A stretch of DNA of 64,000 nt from Capsulimonadales bacterium (GCA_033762295.1 JANRLW010000009.1:1-64000), one strand, 5' to 3'. Numbered from the stretch's first letter, positions 47,425-58,608 are shown. Translations and numbers: made by a program. Notes: generated from the sequence alone by a model not told the origin.

Positions 47425-48096
47425 TCAGTCGCCCAGATAGCGAAGTCGGTATCGTTCGCCGACCGGCAGTTCCGTGTGCCGATACGAGGAACCGAGGATC
47501 AGTCCGTAGACCAGGTGCGGCACGGACGCCAGAAAGACCGCTTCCCAGCCCAGGTTTCCATGACCTGCCTGATTCATCATGACATCCGGATTCGGCAGGA
47601 ACGAGGACGTGACCTGCGGCAGTCCCCAGCGGGACGCCAGTCCGACCATCCAGGGATACAGAAAAGCGTACATCGCCACGAACAGCAGAAAGCCGTAGAG
47701 CGTCCCCTTGCCGTGGTTGCTCTGGAAGTGGAACAGGTGCAGGACGAAGGCGTACGCCAGCGCCGCGCCGGTATACAGACCCACCACGCCGGCGATTCCC
47801 AGAAGCTGCGCTCCGACCGGGTCGTCCGTGATGAACGCCCCAAGAATGAGGGGCAGGTTCAGACCGTTGGTCGCATTCATCCCGTAGCCGAAGTAGATCA
47901 GGAAATGCGTCAGCAACAGCCCGAGCGACGCGCCGATCCCGTAGATCAGCGTTCTTCCCCAGTGGATCCGGTAGGGCGAATCGATGAGAATCACATCCCC
48001 GCCGCGCGCGGGAGCCGGAGTCGAATAAACTTCCGCCATCTGCTTTGTCACGTCTCCTTCAGAGGGCCTCCGCACGCCGAAACGGAGTGAGGGCAT
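47425..48096 (-). CDS. Hypothetical 4-TM membrane protein
   Basis: Four hydrophobic helices, C-terminal HLVYGLILG; start uncertain. Confidence 0.7.
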   Translation of the reverse strand: MPSLRFGVRRPSEGDVTKQMAEVYSTPAPARGGDVILIDSPYRIHWGRTLIYGIGASLGLLLTHFLIYFGYGMNATNGLNLPLILGAFITDDPVGAQLLGIAGVVGLYTGAALAYAFVLHLFHFQSNHGKGTLYGFLLFVAMYAFLYPWMVGLASRWGLPQVTSSFLPNPDVMMNQAGHGNLGWEAVFLASVPHLVYGLILGSSYRHTELPVGERYRLRYLGD

Positions 48097-48192
48097 GAGA
48101 GGAACACCCGGCGCGACCTGATGCCGTGCCGATTATCGTTCGCATTGTACCCCAGGTTCGCCGGAATTACCGATCCGATACCCAAATTGCCC

Positions 48193-48221
48193 TTGCGATA
48201 ATTAAATTTACATTATACAAT
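48193..48221 (+). promoter_or_regulatory. Sigma70 promoter of the MerR-vWA pair
   Basis: TTGCGA-17 bp-TACAAT in an AT-rich patch; ACATT..AATGT inverted repeat overlaps the -10. Confidence 0.65.
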
Positions 48222-48231
48222 GTCAGCAACA

Positions 48232-48942
48232 ATGGATGTCAACGACATGGAAACCCGGTTTCGAAACTGGCGAGGAACGGCCGGCGAACTGGCGGACGTG
48301 CTGACACGCCTGCTCTCCGAGTCGTCCTCTACGCCGGAACCGCCGCCGACCGAACGGCTGATCCGGTTCTATGTCACTCAGGGCGTTCTCACCCGACCCG
48401 ATCGGGAGGGACGGGAGGCCCGTTTCGGTTACCGTCAACTGGTCGAGACGCTGGCGACGCGGCTCCTACTCGCCGACGGCTGGTCTCTGGCGCGTATCGC
48501 CGATTACCTGCGCGATACCGAAACGGCGACTCTGCAAACCCTGCTGCCGCGTACGGTTCCGCCGGGCGATACCGATCCGGGCCGAACGAAAGCCGAAGCG
48601 CTGGTCCGGCAGTTTTCGGAACGCTATCAAACCGCCGCTCCGGCGGTTCCGCCGGCCGTAATCGCCCCGGCGGAATCCGTTCGCGATCGGGCGGAAACAC
48701 GTCAGGAGATACGTACCGCTCTGCACCGTCTCGGCCTGTCGGGCGACATGCCCGAAAGGACGACCGACACGCTCTATACCGTCGCGCCCTGGTGCCAGAT
48801 ACGTCTCTTTGCCGACAGCCTGGACGAGGCGCTCCGACAGGCCAGCGGCGCGGCGGAACGGGAGCGGATGGTCGAGGACGCCGTCCGTGTTTTCCGCGCC
48901 GCCCTCGCCGAGGAGATCGCGCGGCGCGGCAAGCGTCGCTAA
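48232..48942 (+). CDS. MerR-like HTH regulator
   Basis: TERLIRFYVTQGVLTRP...ARFGYRQL...GWSLARI. Start moved to 48232 because ATG 48220 lies inside the -10. Confidence 0.82.
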   Translation: MDVNDMETRFRNWRGTAGELADVLTRLLSESSSTPEPPPTERLIRFYVTQGVLTRPDREGREARFGYRQLVETLATRLLLADGWSLARIADYLRDTETATLQTLLPRTVPPGDTDPGRTKAEALVRQFSERYQTAAPAVPPAVIAPAESVRDRAETRQEIRTALHRLGLSGDMPERTTDTLYTVAPWCQIRLFADSLDEALRQASGAAERERMVEDAVRVFRAALAEEIARRGKRR

Positions 48943-49024
48943 CCGTCGTCACGTTAAACGCCCAAACTTCGCAGGGCGTTCATGCCGGTATCATGGGCAT
49001 TTTTGCCGGAAAGGTCGCGAATTT

Positions 49025-50323
49025 ATGACACACACTCCTCTGACGATCGAACTGACTCCCTGCCGGACGGCCATCTCCCGGGAGGGCGGAACCCTGGATG
49101 TTCTGATCCGGGTTCAGGCCCCGGCGCTGCCGCCCGCCCGACGCGACCGTCCGCCTTTGCACCTGGCGCTCGTGGTGGACCGATCCGGTTCCATGGCCGG
49201 TCAGCCGTTGCGGGAGGCGCTCCGCTGCGCCGAGAATATCATCACGCACCTGTCGCCCGTCGATCGCGCCGCGCTGGTCGTCTACGATACCGACGTCCGC
49301 ACTCTGGTCCCGCTGACCGCCGTCGTCGACCCCGCGCCGTTCGTCCGCGCCCTGCGCAGCGTCACCGACGGCGGCTCGACCGCCCTCCATGCCGGGTGGC
49401 TCGAAGGCGCGAATCAGCTTGCCCCGCAGACCGGCACGGCCTCCCTGTCACGCGTTCTGCTCCTCTCCGACGGTCAGGCGAACGTCGGCGAAACCGATGT
49501 GACGAAGATTGCCGACCAGTGCCGTGCGCTCGCCGGCGCGGGAGTGACGACCACCACCATCGGACTGGGCCGGAACTTCAATGAGGATCTGATGGTTGCC
49601 ATGGCCCGACACGGAGGCGGACAGCACTACTACGGACAGACCGCCGCCGACCTGGAGGACGCGTTCCGCGAGGAGTTCGACCTTGTCCGTGCCCTCTACG
49701 CCCGCAACCTGACCGCCTCGCTTCACCCCGGACCGGGCGTCGTGGTCGAGATCACCTCCGTGCCCGGAGTCCTTGCCAACGCGCCGGTTCCGCTCTCCGA
49801 TGTGGCCTATGGGGCAGAGGTCTGGCTGCTGGCGCGTCTGCATTACGCCGCCAAACCGGACGGAAACCATACCCTCCTCGCGGTCGGAGTGAAAGGCCAG
49901 CGGATCGACGGCGGCCCGTTCGAGACCCGCTCCTCTCTGCTGGAACTTCCGACCATGCCCGAACTCACCCTGAAGACGCTTCCGACCGACGACCTTGTAA
50001 CCCGCCGAAAAGCCGAGGTCGAGACCGCCAACCTCTACGACGAGGTTCGGTCCGCTCTGCGCTCCGGCGACCGGACCGAGGCGAAACGTAAACTGGAACA
50101 GGCAAAATCGACCGCGCAGACCTTCGACTGGATGGAACGCAGTGTCGACGCCATGGAAACTCTGATCGATACCGACGCGGAAATGGCGGTCAAGGAGGCG
50201 CTCTTCCAGGCGGAGAAAGCGAGAAGACGACAGGCGCCGATCCACGAATCCGCCGTCGCCGCGCCCGGCGAGGATACGCCGACCTACCTCCGCCGCAAAA
50301 CGGAGAGCGGCAAACGCGAATAA
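49025..50323 (+). CDS. von Willebrand factor A domain protein
   Basis: MIDAS DRSGSM, GGSTAL, LLSDGQAN, GLG..FNEDLM. Confidence 0.92.
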   Translation: MTHTPLTIELTPCRTAISREGGTLDVLIRVQAPALPPARRDRPPLHLALVVDRSGSMAGQPLREALRCAENIITHLSPVDRAALVVYDTDVRTLVPLTAVVDPAPFVRALRSVTDGGSTALHAGWLEGANQLAPQTGTASLSRVLLLSDGQANVGETDVTKIADQCRALAGAGVTTTTIGLGRNFNEDLMVAMARHGGGQHYYGQTAADLEDAFREEFDLVRALYARNLTASLHPGPGVVVEITSVPGVLANAPVPLSDVAYGAEVWLLARLHYAAKPDGNHTLLAVGVKGQRIDGGPFETRSSLLELPTMPELTLKTLPTDDLVTRRKAEVETANLYDEVRSALRSGDRTEAKRKLEQAKSTAQTFDWMERSVDAMETLIDTDAEMAVKEALFQAEKARRRQAPIHESAVAAPGEDTPTYLRRKTESGKRE

Positions 50324-50357
50324 CCCGGCGGCCCGGACCGCCCGATCGACGCGTCCG

Positions 50358-50930
50358 TCAATTCTCCACCAGCGGAAGATTCAGGGCGCGGGCATAGGCT
50401 TCGGCGGTTCGATGGGCCACTCGCTCGCCGGACCCGCAGAACCGGAGACGATAGGGCTGCCACTTGCCGACCTGCCAGCGCAGGTACAGCCAGTGGCGCA
50501 CCCGTCCTCCGGTCGTCTCCCGCTGCAACAGCAGTCCCACCAGATCGTCGTAGGTCCCGTGCCGCCACTGGACGAACGGCAGGATGCCGCGCCGCATCCG
50601 CCAGGTTTTCTTCGCCGGGTGAATGACAATGTCACTGCGCCAGAGGAGGGAGCCAAAACCGACACTGCCGAAAAGCGCCCCCGCGATCAGGTAGGTGACG
50701 GTCTGCAGGGAACTGACCCCGAACCGGTCCTTCTCCCAGAACGGAACATATCCCGAAACCTGCGCGGCGCCAAGGATCACCAAAAACGCCCCCCAGACGG
50801 CAAGACCGGCCATCATCAGCGCAAGCACGATCCCGAACCGCCCCTCCTTCTTCAGGTTCTCCGGGGTGATTCCCTGCGAACGGCGAAAAACGCCCTCGTC
50901 ATCGATGTCGGCCAGCGGAAGGTTGGACAT
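50358..50930 (-). CDS. Hypothetical 2-TM membrane protein
   Basis: GGAG RBS; two TM helices then a basic beta-rich domain. Confidence 0.7.
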   Translation of the reverse strand: MSNLPLADIDDEGVFRRSQGITPENLKKEGRFGIVLALMMAGLAVWGAFLVILGAAQVSGYVPFWEKDRFGVSSLQTVTYLIAGALFGSVGFGSLLWRSDIVIHPAKKTWRMRRGILPFVQWRHGTYDDLVGLLLQRETTGGRVRHWLYLRWQVGKWQPYRLRFCGSGERVAHRTAEAYARALNLPLVEN

Positions 50931-51073
50931 GCCTCAGTCTCCCTACCCATATACTACCAACACTTCCGTTCCCCGGCGACCGGGTGCGCAATATTACCGG
51001 ACCCTTACGCTCCCTCCCCGTTTCCCCCGCGAAGGCCCCGAACACGCAAACCACCCGGCTTTGGAAAAATGGG

Positions 51074-51220
51074 TCAGGCGACGGCATAGGCGCTGAACGG
51101 ACGGGCCTCCTCCGGCCAGAAGGCCAGGACAATGCAATTCCTGGGGACTCCGGCAGCAACCAGTTCGGCAGCAATACGCGTTTCCGTGTTGTCCTCCTGA
51201 ACGAAAAACTCGGCAATCAA
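51074..51220 (-). pseudogene. XisI-like C-terminal fragment
   Basis: FVQEDNTETRIAAELVAAGVPRNCIVLAFWPEEARPFSAYAVA matches the XisI C-terminal pattern; the N-terminal half is absent. Confidence 0.7.
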
Positions 51221-51318
51221 TACCGTTAGCGTATTACTTTCATGAAATCTATTCATTGGACGCATAGTTGACGACACAGGTACAATAAGGTCGCTATCCC
51301 ACTCGACGAGGAAATATC

Positions 51319-54213
51319 ATGAGCGACACTGTGCACAACCCGTTCGATTCGCGGCAGACGTTCACCTATGCCGGAGGTAAGTCCGGACAGTTCCATTCCC
51401 TGCCCGCTCTGGAAAAAGCGGGCGTCGGCCCAATATCCAAATTGCCGATTTCCATCCGTATCGTTCTGGAATCCGTGCTCCGAAACTGCGACGGCGTTCG
51501 CGTCGCCGAGAACGACGTTCGAACGCTCGCCAACTGGAGTCCGAACGCCGAGCGTACCGAGGAGATCCCCTTCGTCGTCGCCCGTGTCGTCCTTCAGGAT
51601 TTCACCGGCGTTCCGCTTCTCGTCGACCTGGCCGCCATGCGCTCCGCCGTCGCCCGCATGGGCAAGGACCCCGGCATCATCGAACCCCTGGTGCCGGTCG
51701 ACCTCGTCGTCGATCACTCCGTTCAGGTCGATTACTCCGGCGTACCCGACGCGCTGCAGCGCAACATGGAGATCGAGTTCAAGCGCAATGAAGCGCGGTA
51801 TCAGTTCCTGAAGTGGGGTACTCAGGCGTTCAACGGCTTCGGCGTCGTTCCGCCCGGCATCGGGATCGTCCATCAGGTCAACCTCGAGTACCTGGCCAAG
51901 GGCGTTCTGGAAACCGACGGGGTTTTCTATCCCGATACGCTCGTCGGCACCGATAGCCACACGACCATGATCAACGGGCTCGGCGTCGTCGCCTGGGGCG
52001 TCGGCGGAATCGAGGCCGAAGCCGGTATGCTCGGGCAACCGGTCTACTTCCTGACCCCGGACGTCGTCGGCGTTCACCTGACCGGCGCGCTGAAGCCGGG
52101 CGTCACTGCCACCGACCTCGTCCTCACCATTACCGAGATGCTCCGAAAAGCCAAGGTCGTCGGCAAGTTCGTCGAATTCCACGGCGAAGGCGCGGCGTCC
52201 CTGTCTCTCACCGACCGCGCGACGATCGGTAACATGGCTCCCGAATACGGCGCGACCATGGGCTACTTCCCGGTCGACGAGGAATCCTGTAAGTATCTGG
52301 CCTACACCGGGCGCACCGAGGAGCAGGTGGACGCCTTCCGCCAGTACTTCATCACGCAGGGCATGTTCGGAATGCCGGGAGCGGGCGAGATCGAGTACAG
52401 TCAACTGCTCGAACTTGACCTCGCCACCGTCGAACCGAGCGTCGCCGGACCGAAGCGCCCGCAGGATCGGATCGCTCTACCGGCGGTAAAAGAGAAATTC
52501 AGCGAACTGCTGACCCGCGCCACGACCGAAAGCGGCTACGGAAAGTCGTTCGCCGAGGCCAATAAACGCTTCCATATTCTCTACGGCGTCAACCAGGGCA
52601 AGACCGGCGACGCCCCGCTCACCGGCGGCGGCGAACAGGCTGAGGAGACCAAACCGGAAGGGGCGCACGCCCTGGAATCCGATAAGGAGACGGCGACCCT
52701 GACCGAGATCGAGATGATGCAGAATCGCCCGACGCCCGATCGGGTCGAGGAGGTGGCGGAGGGACAGTACGACCAGGCCCGCATCTCCCTGAAACATGGC
52801 GATGTCGTGATCGCCGCCATTACCTCCTGCACCAACACCTCCAACCCGTCGGTCATGCTCGCCGCCGGACTGGTGGCGAAGAAGGCGATCGAAAAGGGCC
52901 TGAAGGTGCCGCCGTACGTCAAAACCTCCCTCGGCCCCGGTTCCCGCGTCGTCACCGAGTACCTGACGAAAACCGGCCTCCAGGACTGTCTGGATCAACT
53001 GGGATTTCAGACGGTCGGCTACGGCTGTACCACCTGTATCGGAAATTCCGGCCCGCTGGAGCCGCACCTGGAAAAGACGGTTGTGGACAACGATCTCGTC
53101 GTCGCCTCGGTTCTGTCCGGCAACCGCAACTTCGAGGCGCGCGTCCATCAGAGCATCAAGGCCAACTTCCTGATGTCGCCGCCGCTTGTCGTCGCCTTCG
53201 CGCTTGCCGGACGCGTCGACATCGACCTGACGACCGAACCGCTCGGAAGGGACGCGGACGGCAAGGAAGTCTTCCTGCAAGACCTCTGGCCGACCCCGGA
53301 CGAAGTGAATTCTCTGCTCGGCGCGGCCAGTGACCCCGAAACCTACCGCCGCCTCTACACCGACTTCGAATCCCAGAACCCGCTCTGGCAGGCGGTCCCG
53401 TCGCCGACCGGCAAGGTCTACGACTGGAACCCGAACTCCACTTACATTCAGGAGCCGCCCTACTTCGACCGGTTCGGAATGGAGCCGGGGACGGCGAAAA
53501 ACATCCGGAACGGTCGCCCGCTGGCGATGTTCGGCGACTCGGTCACGACGGACCACATCTCCCCCGCCGGTTCGATCAAGCCGTCGTCTCCGGCCGGGCT
53601 CTACCTCCAGGAGAAGGGCGTTCCGCCGGAGGACTTCAACTCCTACGGATCACGGCGCGGCAACGACCGGATCATGATGCGCGGGACATTCGCCAACGTC
53701 CGGATCAAGAATCTGATGGTTCCCGGTGTCGAGGGCGGCTTCACCGTCCACTATCCGAGCGGCGAGCAGATGCCCATTTACGACGCGTCGATCCGCTACC
53801 AGTCGTCCGGCACCCCGCTCTTCGTCTTCGCAGGTCAGGAGTATGGCACCGGCTCGAGCCGTGACTGGGCGGCGAAGGGAACGGCGCTGCTCGGCGTCAA
53901 GGCGGTCATCGCCCAGTCGTTCGAGCGCATTCACCGCAGCAACCTGGTCGGCACCGGGGTCCTGCCCTGTCAGTTCAAGGACGGTGTCAGCCTGCAGAGC
54001 CTCAACCTCTGCGGCGACGAGACGTTCGACCTGACCGGACTGGAGAACGGCATCACGCCGCGCATGGATGTCACCCTGGTGATCCATCGAGCGAACGGCG
54101 AGACGACCGAGGTGCCGGTCACGCTCCGGATCGACACCCCGATCGAGGTGGAGTACTACCTCCACGGCGGCATTCTCCCATACGTCCTCCGCCAGCTCAT
54201 CGCGAAGGCGTAA
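51319..54213 (+). CDS. acnA: Aconitate hydratase A
   Basis: [54 protein letters not shown]. Confidence 0.97.
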   Translation: MSDTVHNPFDSRQTFTYAGGKSGQFHSLPALEKAGVGPISKLPISIRIVLESVLRNCDGVRVAENDVRTLANWSPNAERTEEIPFVVARVVLQDFTGVPLLVDLAAMRSAVARMGKDPGIIEPLVPVDLVVDHSVQVDYSGVPDALQRNMEIEFKRNEARYQFLKWGTQAFNGFGVVPPGIGIVHQVNLEYLAKGVLETDGVFYPDTLVGTDSHTTMINGLGVVAWGVGGIEAEAGMLGQPVYFLTPDVVGVHLTGALKPGVTATDLVLTITEMLRKAKVVGKFVEFHGEGAASLSLTDRATIGNMAPEYGATMGYFPVDEESCKYLAYTGRTEEQVDAFRQYFITQGMFGMPGAGEIEYSQLLELDLATVEPSVAGPKRPQDRIALPAVKEKFSELLTRATTESGYGKSFAEANKRFHILYGVNQGKTGDAPLTGGGEQAEETKPEGAHALESDKETATLTEIEMMQNRPTPDRVEEVAEGQYDQARISLKHGDVVIAAITSCTNTSNPSVMLAAGLVAKKAIEKGLKVPPYVKTSLGPGSRVVTEYLTKTGLQDCLDQLGFQTVGYGCTTCIGNSGPLEPHLEKTVVDNDLVVASVLSGNRNFEARVHQSIKANFLMSPPLVVAFALAGRVDIDLTTEPLGRDADGKEVFLQDLWPTPDEVNSLLGAASDPETYRRLYTDFESQNPLWQAVPSPTGKVYDWNPNSTYIQEPPYFDRFGMEPGTAKNIRNGRPLAMFGDSVTTDHISPAGSIKPSSPAGLYLQEKGVPPEDFNSYGSRRGNDRIMMRGTFANVRIKNLMVPGVEGGFTVHYPSGEQMPIYDASIRYQSSGTPLFVFAGQEYGTGSSRDWAAKGTALLGVKAVIAQSFERIHRSNLVGTGVLPCQFKDGVSLQSLNLCGDETFDLTGLENGITPRMDVTLVIHRANGETTEVPVTLRIDTPIEVEYYLHGGILPYVLRQLIAKA

Positions 54214-54310
54214 GCCAGCCTCCGGTGGTTTCTGTTCCCCAACCACGAGCAGGAACCACCGGATCTCTCCATCGCTTTTTCCTCCCCCGGGTCGTACGAT
54301 ACAATCGACC

Positions 54311-55204
54311 GTGGAAAATGGCGTCATTACCGGATTGCGCGAGGGGGATCTCGATCTTGCGGCGACCCTGAACAGCGGGCAGATGTTCCGCTGGTGGCGC
54401 GACGCGGACGGCGCGTTCGTCGGAACCGTCGGTCGACGACGCCTGCGCCTGTCACAAAGCGACGACGGGGGCAGGGTGCACTACGCAGCGGACGGTCCCG
54501 AGGCCGACGCCTTTGTCCGCTCCTTCCTGCGCCTGGACGATATCGACCTGCCCGCGCATGCCGAGAGGTGGTGCCGCGCCGATAGCCTCTTCGCCGAAGC
54601 CTGGGCCGCGCAGCCCGGGGTCCGCATTGTCCGGCAGGACCCCGAGGAGTGCTTTTTCTCCTTCCTGTGCGCCTCCGTCGCGCCGATACGTCGTATCTCC
54701 GGGATGCTGACCGCCGTTGTCAACGAATGCGGTACCAAACTCCCCGACGGCTACCACGCTTTTCCCCATGCCGCCGAACTCGCCTGTGTCACCGAGGACC
54801 GCCTGCGCGAACTCGGCCTCGGCTTCCGCGCCCGCCGCATCGCCGAAGCCGCGAAGCAGCTCGCCGAACTCCCGCCGGACTGGCTCCCCTCCCTTCGCGC
54901 CCGGTCCCACCCGGACGCCCGCGAGGCCCTCTGCCAGTTTTTTTTCGGACTCGGCTGGAAGATCGCCGACTGTATCTGTCTGTTCAGCCTGGACAAAGAC
55001 GACGCCATACCGGTCGATACCCACATCCTTCGTATCGCGCAGACGCGGTACACTCCCGAACTCGCCGGAAAATCCCTGACCCCCGCCCACTACGAACGCA
55101 TTACCGCCGCCTTTCGCGAACGTTTCGGAGAAAGAGCCGGTTGGGCGCAGCAAATCCTCTTTTATCGGGCGGCCGTCGGGTCTCGGCGCGAAAACCGGGG
55201 TTGA
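54311..55204 (+). CDS. 8-oxoguanine DNA glycosylase (OGG1-like, HhH-GPD)
   Basis: TLNSGQMFRW, RQDPEEC, LGLGFRA, GLGWKIADC, PVDTH, AGWAQQ. Confidence 0.9.
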   Translation: MENGVITGLREGDLDLAATLNSGQMFRWWRDADGAFVGTVGRRRLRLSQSDDGGRVHYAADGPEADAFVRSFLRLDDIDLPAHAERWCRADSLFAEAWAAQPGVRIVRQDPEECFFSFLCASVAPIRRISGMLTAVVNECGTKLPDGYHAFPHAAELACVTEDRLRELGLGFRARRIAEAAKQLAELPPDWLPSLRARSHPDAREALCQFFFGLGWKIADCICLFSLDKDDAIPVDTHILRIAQTRYTPELAGKSLTPAHYERITAAFRERFGERAGWAQQILFYRAAVGSRRENRG

Positions 55205-55249
55205 CGAATGGCGAACCGTGCCGTAACGTAGCGAAGGGATTTTTCAACT

Positions 55250-56365
55250 ATGGCACTTGGAGTCGGTATCGTCGGTCTGCCGAACGTCGGCAAATCCACG
55301 CTTTTCAACGCGATCACGAAAGCGGGCGCACTCGCCGCCAACTACCCGTTCGCGACCATCGATAAGAACGTCGGCGTCGTCACCCTGCCCGACGAGCGCC
55401 TGACCGCGCTGCAAAAGCTTTACACGAAAGGTGACCGGGTTCCGCCCCTGGTCCCGACCGCCGTCGAGTTCGTCGACATCGCCGGGCTCGTTCGTGGCGC
55501 ACACAAGGGTGAAGGGCTCGGAAACCAGTTCCTTGCCAACATACGCGAGGTCGCCGCCGTCGCCCATGTGGTTCGCTGCTTCGAGGACGAAAACATCGTC
55601 CATGTCGAAGGCAAGGTCGATCCTCTCGGTGACCTAGAGACGATCGATACCGAACTCGCCCTCGCCGATCTCCAGACGATCGAAAAACGACTGGAACGCC
55701 TGCGTAAGACCGCCCGGACGAACAAGGACGACGCCGAACTGCTGTCCGTCGTCGAACCCCTGCACGAACGCCTGTCCGAAGGTCACCCCGCCCGTACCTA
55801 CACCGGAGCCGACCCCGAACTCCGCGCCCGCGCCTATCGCAACCTCGGACTGCTCACCGGAAAGCCCGTCATCTACGTCGCCAACGTCTCCGAGGACGAC
55901 CTTCCCGACGGTGAAGGCAACGCCCACGTCGCCGCCGTCCGCGAGTACGCCGCGAAAGAGGGAGCCGAAGCGGTCGTCGTTTCCGCGAAGATCGAAGCCG
56001 AACTTGCCGATCTGGGCGAGGAGGAAGCCCGCGAATACCTTGCCTCCCTGGGCCTTACCGAAACCGGCCTGAACCGGCTGGTCAAGGTCGCCTATCGCCT
56101 GCTCGGTCTTCGTACCTTCCTGACCGCCGGAGAAAAGGAGGTTCGCGCCTGGACCATCCACTCCGGGGACCGCGCCCCGCAGGCGGCCGGAGCGATCCAC
56201 ACCGATCTCGAAAAGGGCTTTATCCGCGCCGAAGTCGTCGAGTGGGACAAACTGGTTTCGGCGGGAAGCTGGTCCGGCGCCAAGGACCGGGGATGGGTCC
56301 GGATGGAAGGCAAGGAGTACACCGTGCAGGACGGTGACGTTATGATCATCCACCATAACGGTTGA
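55250..56365 (+). CDS. ychF: Redox-regulated ATPase YchF
   Basis: GIVGLPNVGKST, ANYPFAT, DIAGLV, GEGLGNQFL, EGKEYTVQDGD. Confidence 0.97.
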   Translation: MALGVGIVGLPNVGKSTLFNAITKAGALAANYPFATIDKNVGVVTLPDERLTALQKLYTKGDRVPPLVPTAVEFVDIAGLVRGAHKGEGLGNQFLANIREVAAVAHVVRCFEDENIVHVEGKVDPLGDLETIDTELALADLQTIEKRLERLRKTARTNKDDAELLSVVEPLHERLSEGHPARTYTGADPELRARAYRNLGLLTGKPVIYVANVSEDDLPDGEGNAHVAAVREYAAKEGAEAVVVSAKIEAELADLGEEEAREYLASLGLTETGLNRLVKVAYRLLGLRTFLTAGEKEVRAWTIHSGDRAPQAAGAIHTDLEKGFIRAEVVEWDKLVSAGSWSGAKDRGWVRMEGKEYTVQDGDVMIIHHNG

Positions 56366-56476
56366 CGTTCGCTCTTTCTCGTTGGCGTAATGGCCCTGCG
56401 GTATATCCGGTGAAGGAATAAGGTTCCTCCCTGACGAACTAACGACCAATACCATTCGCAAAGGAAACGCTATACG

Positions 56477-56824
56477 ATGGCAGAGCAGAGTGCCGAACAA
56501 ACGGCGAATCCCGAAACCCCGGACGCCGTGCCGGCCCCGAAAAAGCAGCAGGTTCCTCCGGCCGTCACCGCGATCGTTGTCGTTTTTCTGCTGGGGTTCA
56601 TCGCCTGGCAGTTCACCCTGTACTTCAAGATGCCCCGCTTCGGCCGGCAGAAACCCGTCGGGGAGATTGTGATGGAAAAGGTCATTGCCACCGACGGCGA
56701 TATCAAGCGACTGAGCAAAGAGGAACTGGATCAACTGAACAACCTGACCATGGGCAACGGCGAGAAATACTTCAACACCTATGCCGAGCAGCGCGCCAAG
56801 CAGGCAAAGCCGGCTGCACCTTAA
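56477..56824 (+). CDS. Small single-TM hypothetical protein
   Basis: AAGGA RBS; one hydrophobic helix; stop overlaps the convergent gene's stop. Confidence 0.7.
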   Translation: MAEQSAEQTANPETPDAVPAPKKQQVPPAVTAIVVVFLLGFIAWQFTLYFKMPRFGRQKPVGEIVMEKVIATDGDIKRLSKEELDQLNNLTMGNGEKYFNTYAEQRAKQAKPAAP

Positions 56825-58608
56825 CGCGCTTCTTCCTCCTCTTTCACGGTACGACGCCTTTCGTTGCGTGATCGCGGCGACGGAAGGCGTCCGGTAATGC
56901 CCTTCCCCTCCGTCACGAGGTGGATGGCGTCCGCCTCCACCGACGTCAGTCGATCCCGGACCCCGCTCGGCCAGATTATCTCCACCGATTCGATCCGCTT
57001 TTCCCGCCCGAGACCGAAATAGACCCGCCGATCGCTGGCCGAAAGATAGCTCGAGCCCGCTCGCACCGTCGCCGTCTGCCTTGTTTGGCCCGCGGTCAGG
57101 ACGAACCGGGCGTGCAGACCGTCACGATTGCTCCGGGTGCCGACGGTTTTGAACGCGACCCAGTGGTGCCCGTTTCGATTCCGGTTCCGGAACAGTTCCG
57201 CCGGGCCGTTCTGACTGCTGACCAGCGCATCCTGCCGACCGTCGTTGTCATAGTCACCGATCGCCAGCCCCCGGCCGACGCTTTTTCGCGCCAGCGGACC
57301 GAGTTCCGTGGCCGCCTCCTCACGAAACCGTCCGTTCCCCTCGTTGTGAAACAGTTGTTTCGGTTCCGGCGCACTGATGCCGATCCGTCGAAGATTCTCG
57401 TCATCGACCTTGCCGTTCACGACCAGAAGATCCTCCCAGCCGTCGGCATCGTAGTCGAGAAACTCCGCGCCAAAGGCGAAAGCGTCGAGCGCCGCCAGTC
57501 CGACCTCCGCCGCAAGCGCACGAAATACCCCGTCGCCTTCGTTTTTGAACAGCGTTTTCGGAGAACTGATCCGGCTGGTGACATACACGCTCGGTCGACC
57601 GCTATGGTCGTAGTCACCGATCGCGACGCTCATTCCGGCCATTGGCTGATGGTCCGCCCCAAAAGCGCACCCCGCCGGAACCGCCACCTGCGAAAACCTG
57701 CCGTTCCGGTCGTTTCGCCAGAGCATGTTCGGCGTCTGGTCGTTGGCAACGAAAATATCCTGCCAGCCGTCCCCATCGAAGTCCAGGAATCCGACCGCGA
57801 GGCCTCGCCCCCGTTCCCGCGCGATTCCCGCCCGTTCGCTCACATCGACGAAACGGTCCCCATCGTTCCGAAACAGCCGGTGCGTGTCCGGATGGTGCAG
57901 CGAGTTGGCATAGTACTCGCCATCTTTTCCCCACGTCCAGTCCGAATAGTAGCAGACATAAAGGTCTAGCCGCCCGTCGTTATTGTAGTCTCCGAAAGCG
58001 GCGGCGGTCGCGAGGCCGGTACTGTGTAATCGATCGAGTCCCATCCGGCGGGTCACCTCCTCGAACCGGGGTTTCGAACCGCCCGTGTTCCGCAAAAGGT
58101 GGTTGGCCCGAAAGCCGGTAAGGAAAAGGTCCGCCCGGCCATCGTTGTCGAAGTCGCCGACCGCGACGCCGATCAGGTAACCCAGATCGCGATCCAACCC
58201 CGAACCGGCGGTAACATCGGCGAAAGTCCCGTCGCCCCGGTTTCGGAATAGCCCGCAAAAAGGTCGTCGGAGGGGGTTTTTGCGACCGGTGGGCGGATCG
58301 GCGGAACCGGATTGGAGCAGAAGAATATCCGAAAATCCGTCGTTGTCGAAATCGAGGAACGCGCATCCGCCGGGGGCGAACTCCACGAAATGCGGACGAT
58401 CCGTCGTGCCGGAGATATGCGTAAAGCGAACGCCGGTCCGCATCGCCACCTCCTCGAAAAACGCGGAGGACGACGACGGTGCGGCTACGGACGAAGAAGG
58501 GGGCGGCGTTCGCGAGGGGATGGAGGCGATTCCGGTCCACAAAAGCGCGACCGACAAGGTCATTACGAGGAGGGTTCGCCGAATCACAGGCCGTTTCATC
58601 GTTGACAT
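56821..58608 (-). CDS. CRTAC1-family protein (FG-GAP repeats + ASPIC/UnbV)
   Basis: Repeated DFDNDG..D motifs; C-terminal SYLS...YFGLG...IIWPSG; signal peptide. Confidence 0.92.
   Translation of the reverse strand: MSTMKRPVIRRTLLVMTLSVALLWTGIASIPSRTPPPSSSVAAPSSSSAFFEEVAMRTGVRFTHISGTTDRPHFVEFAPGGCAFLDFDNDGFSDILLLQSGSADPPTGRKNPLRRPFCGLFRNRGDGTFADVTAGSGLDRDLGYLIGVAVGDFDNDGRADLFLTGFRANHLLRNTGGSKPRFEEVTRRMGLDRLHSTGLATAAAFGDYNNDGRLDLYVCYYSDWTWGKDGEYYANSLHHPDTHRLFRNDGDRFVDVSERAGIARERGRGLAVGFLDFDGDGWQDIFVANDQTPNMLWRNDRNGRFSQVAVPAGCAFGADHQPMAGMSVAIGDYDHSGRPSVYVTSRISSPKTLFKNEGDGVFRALAAEVGLAALDAFAFGAEFLDYDADGWEDLLVVNGKVDDENLRRIGISAPEPKQLFHNEGNGRFREEAATELGPLARKSVGRGLAIGDYDNDGRQDALVSSQNGPAELFRNRNRNGHHWVAFKTVGTRSNRDGLHARFVLTAGQTRQTATVRAGSSYLSASDRRVYFGLGREKRIESVEIIWPSGVRDRLTSVEADAIHLVTEGKGITGRLPSPRSRNERRRTVKEEEEAR

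Noticed and set aside
52560..52790. Extra ~70-aa acidic segment in AcnA, possible intein
   Set aside because: No intein terminal residues (C/S...HN-C/S/T); it lies in a length-variable linker of aconitase A.
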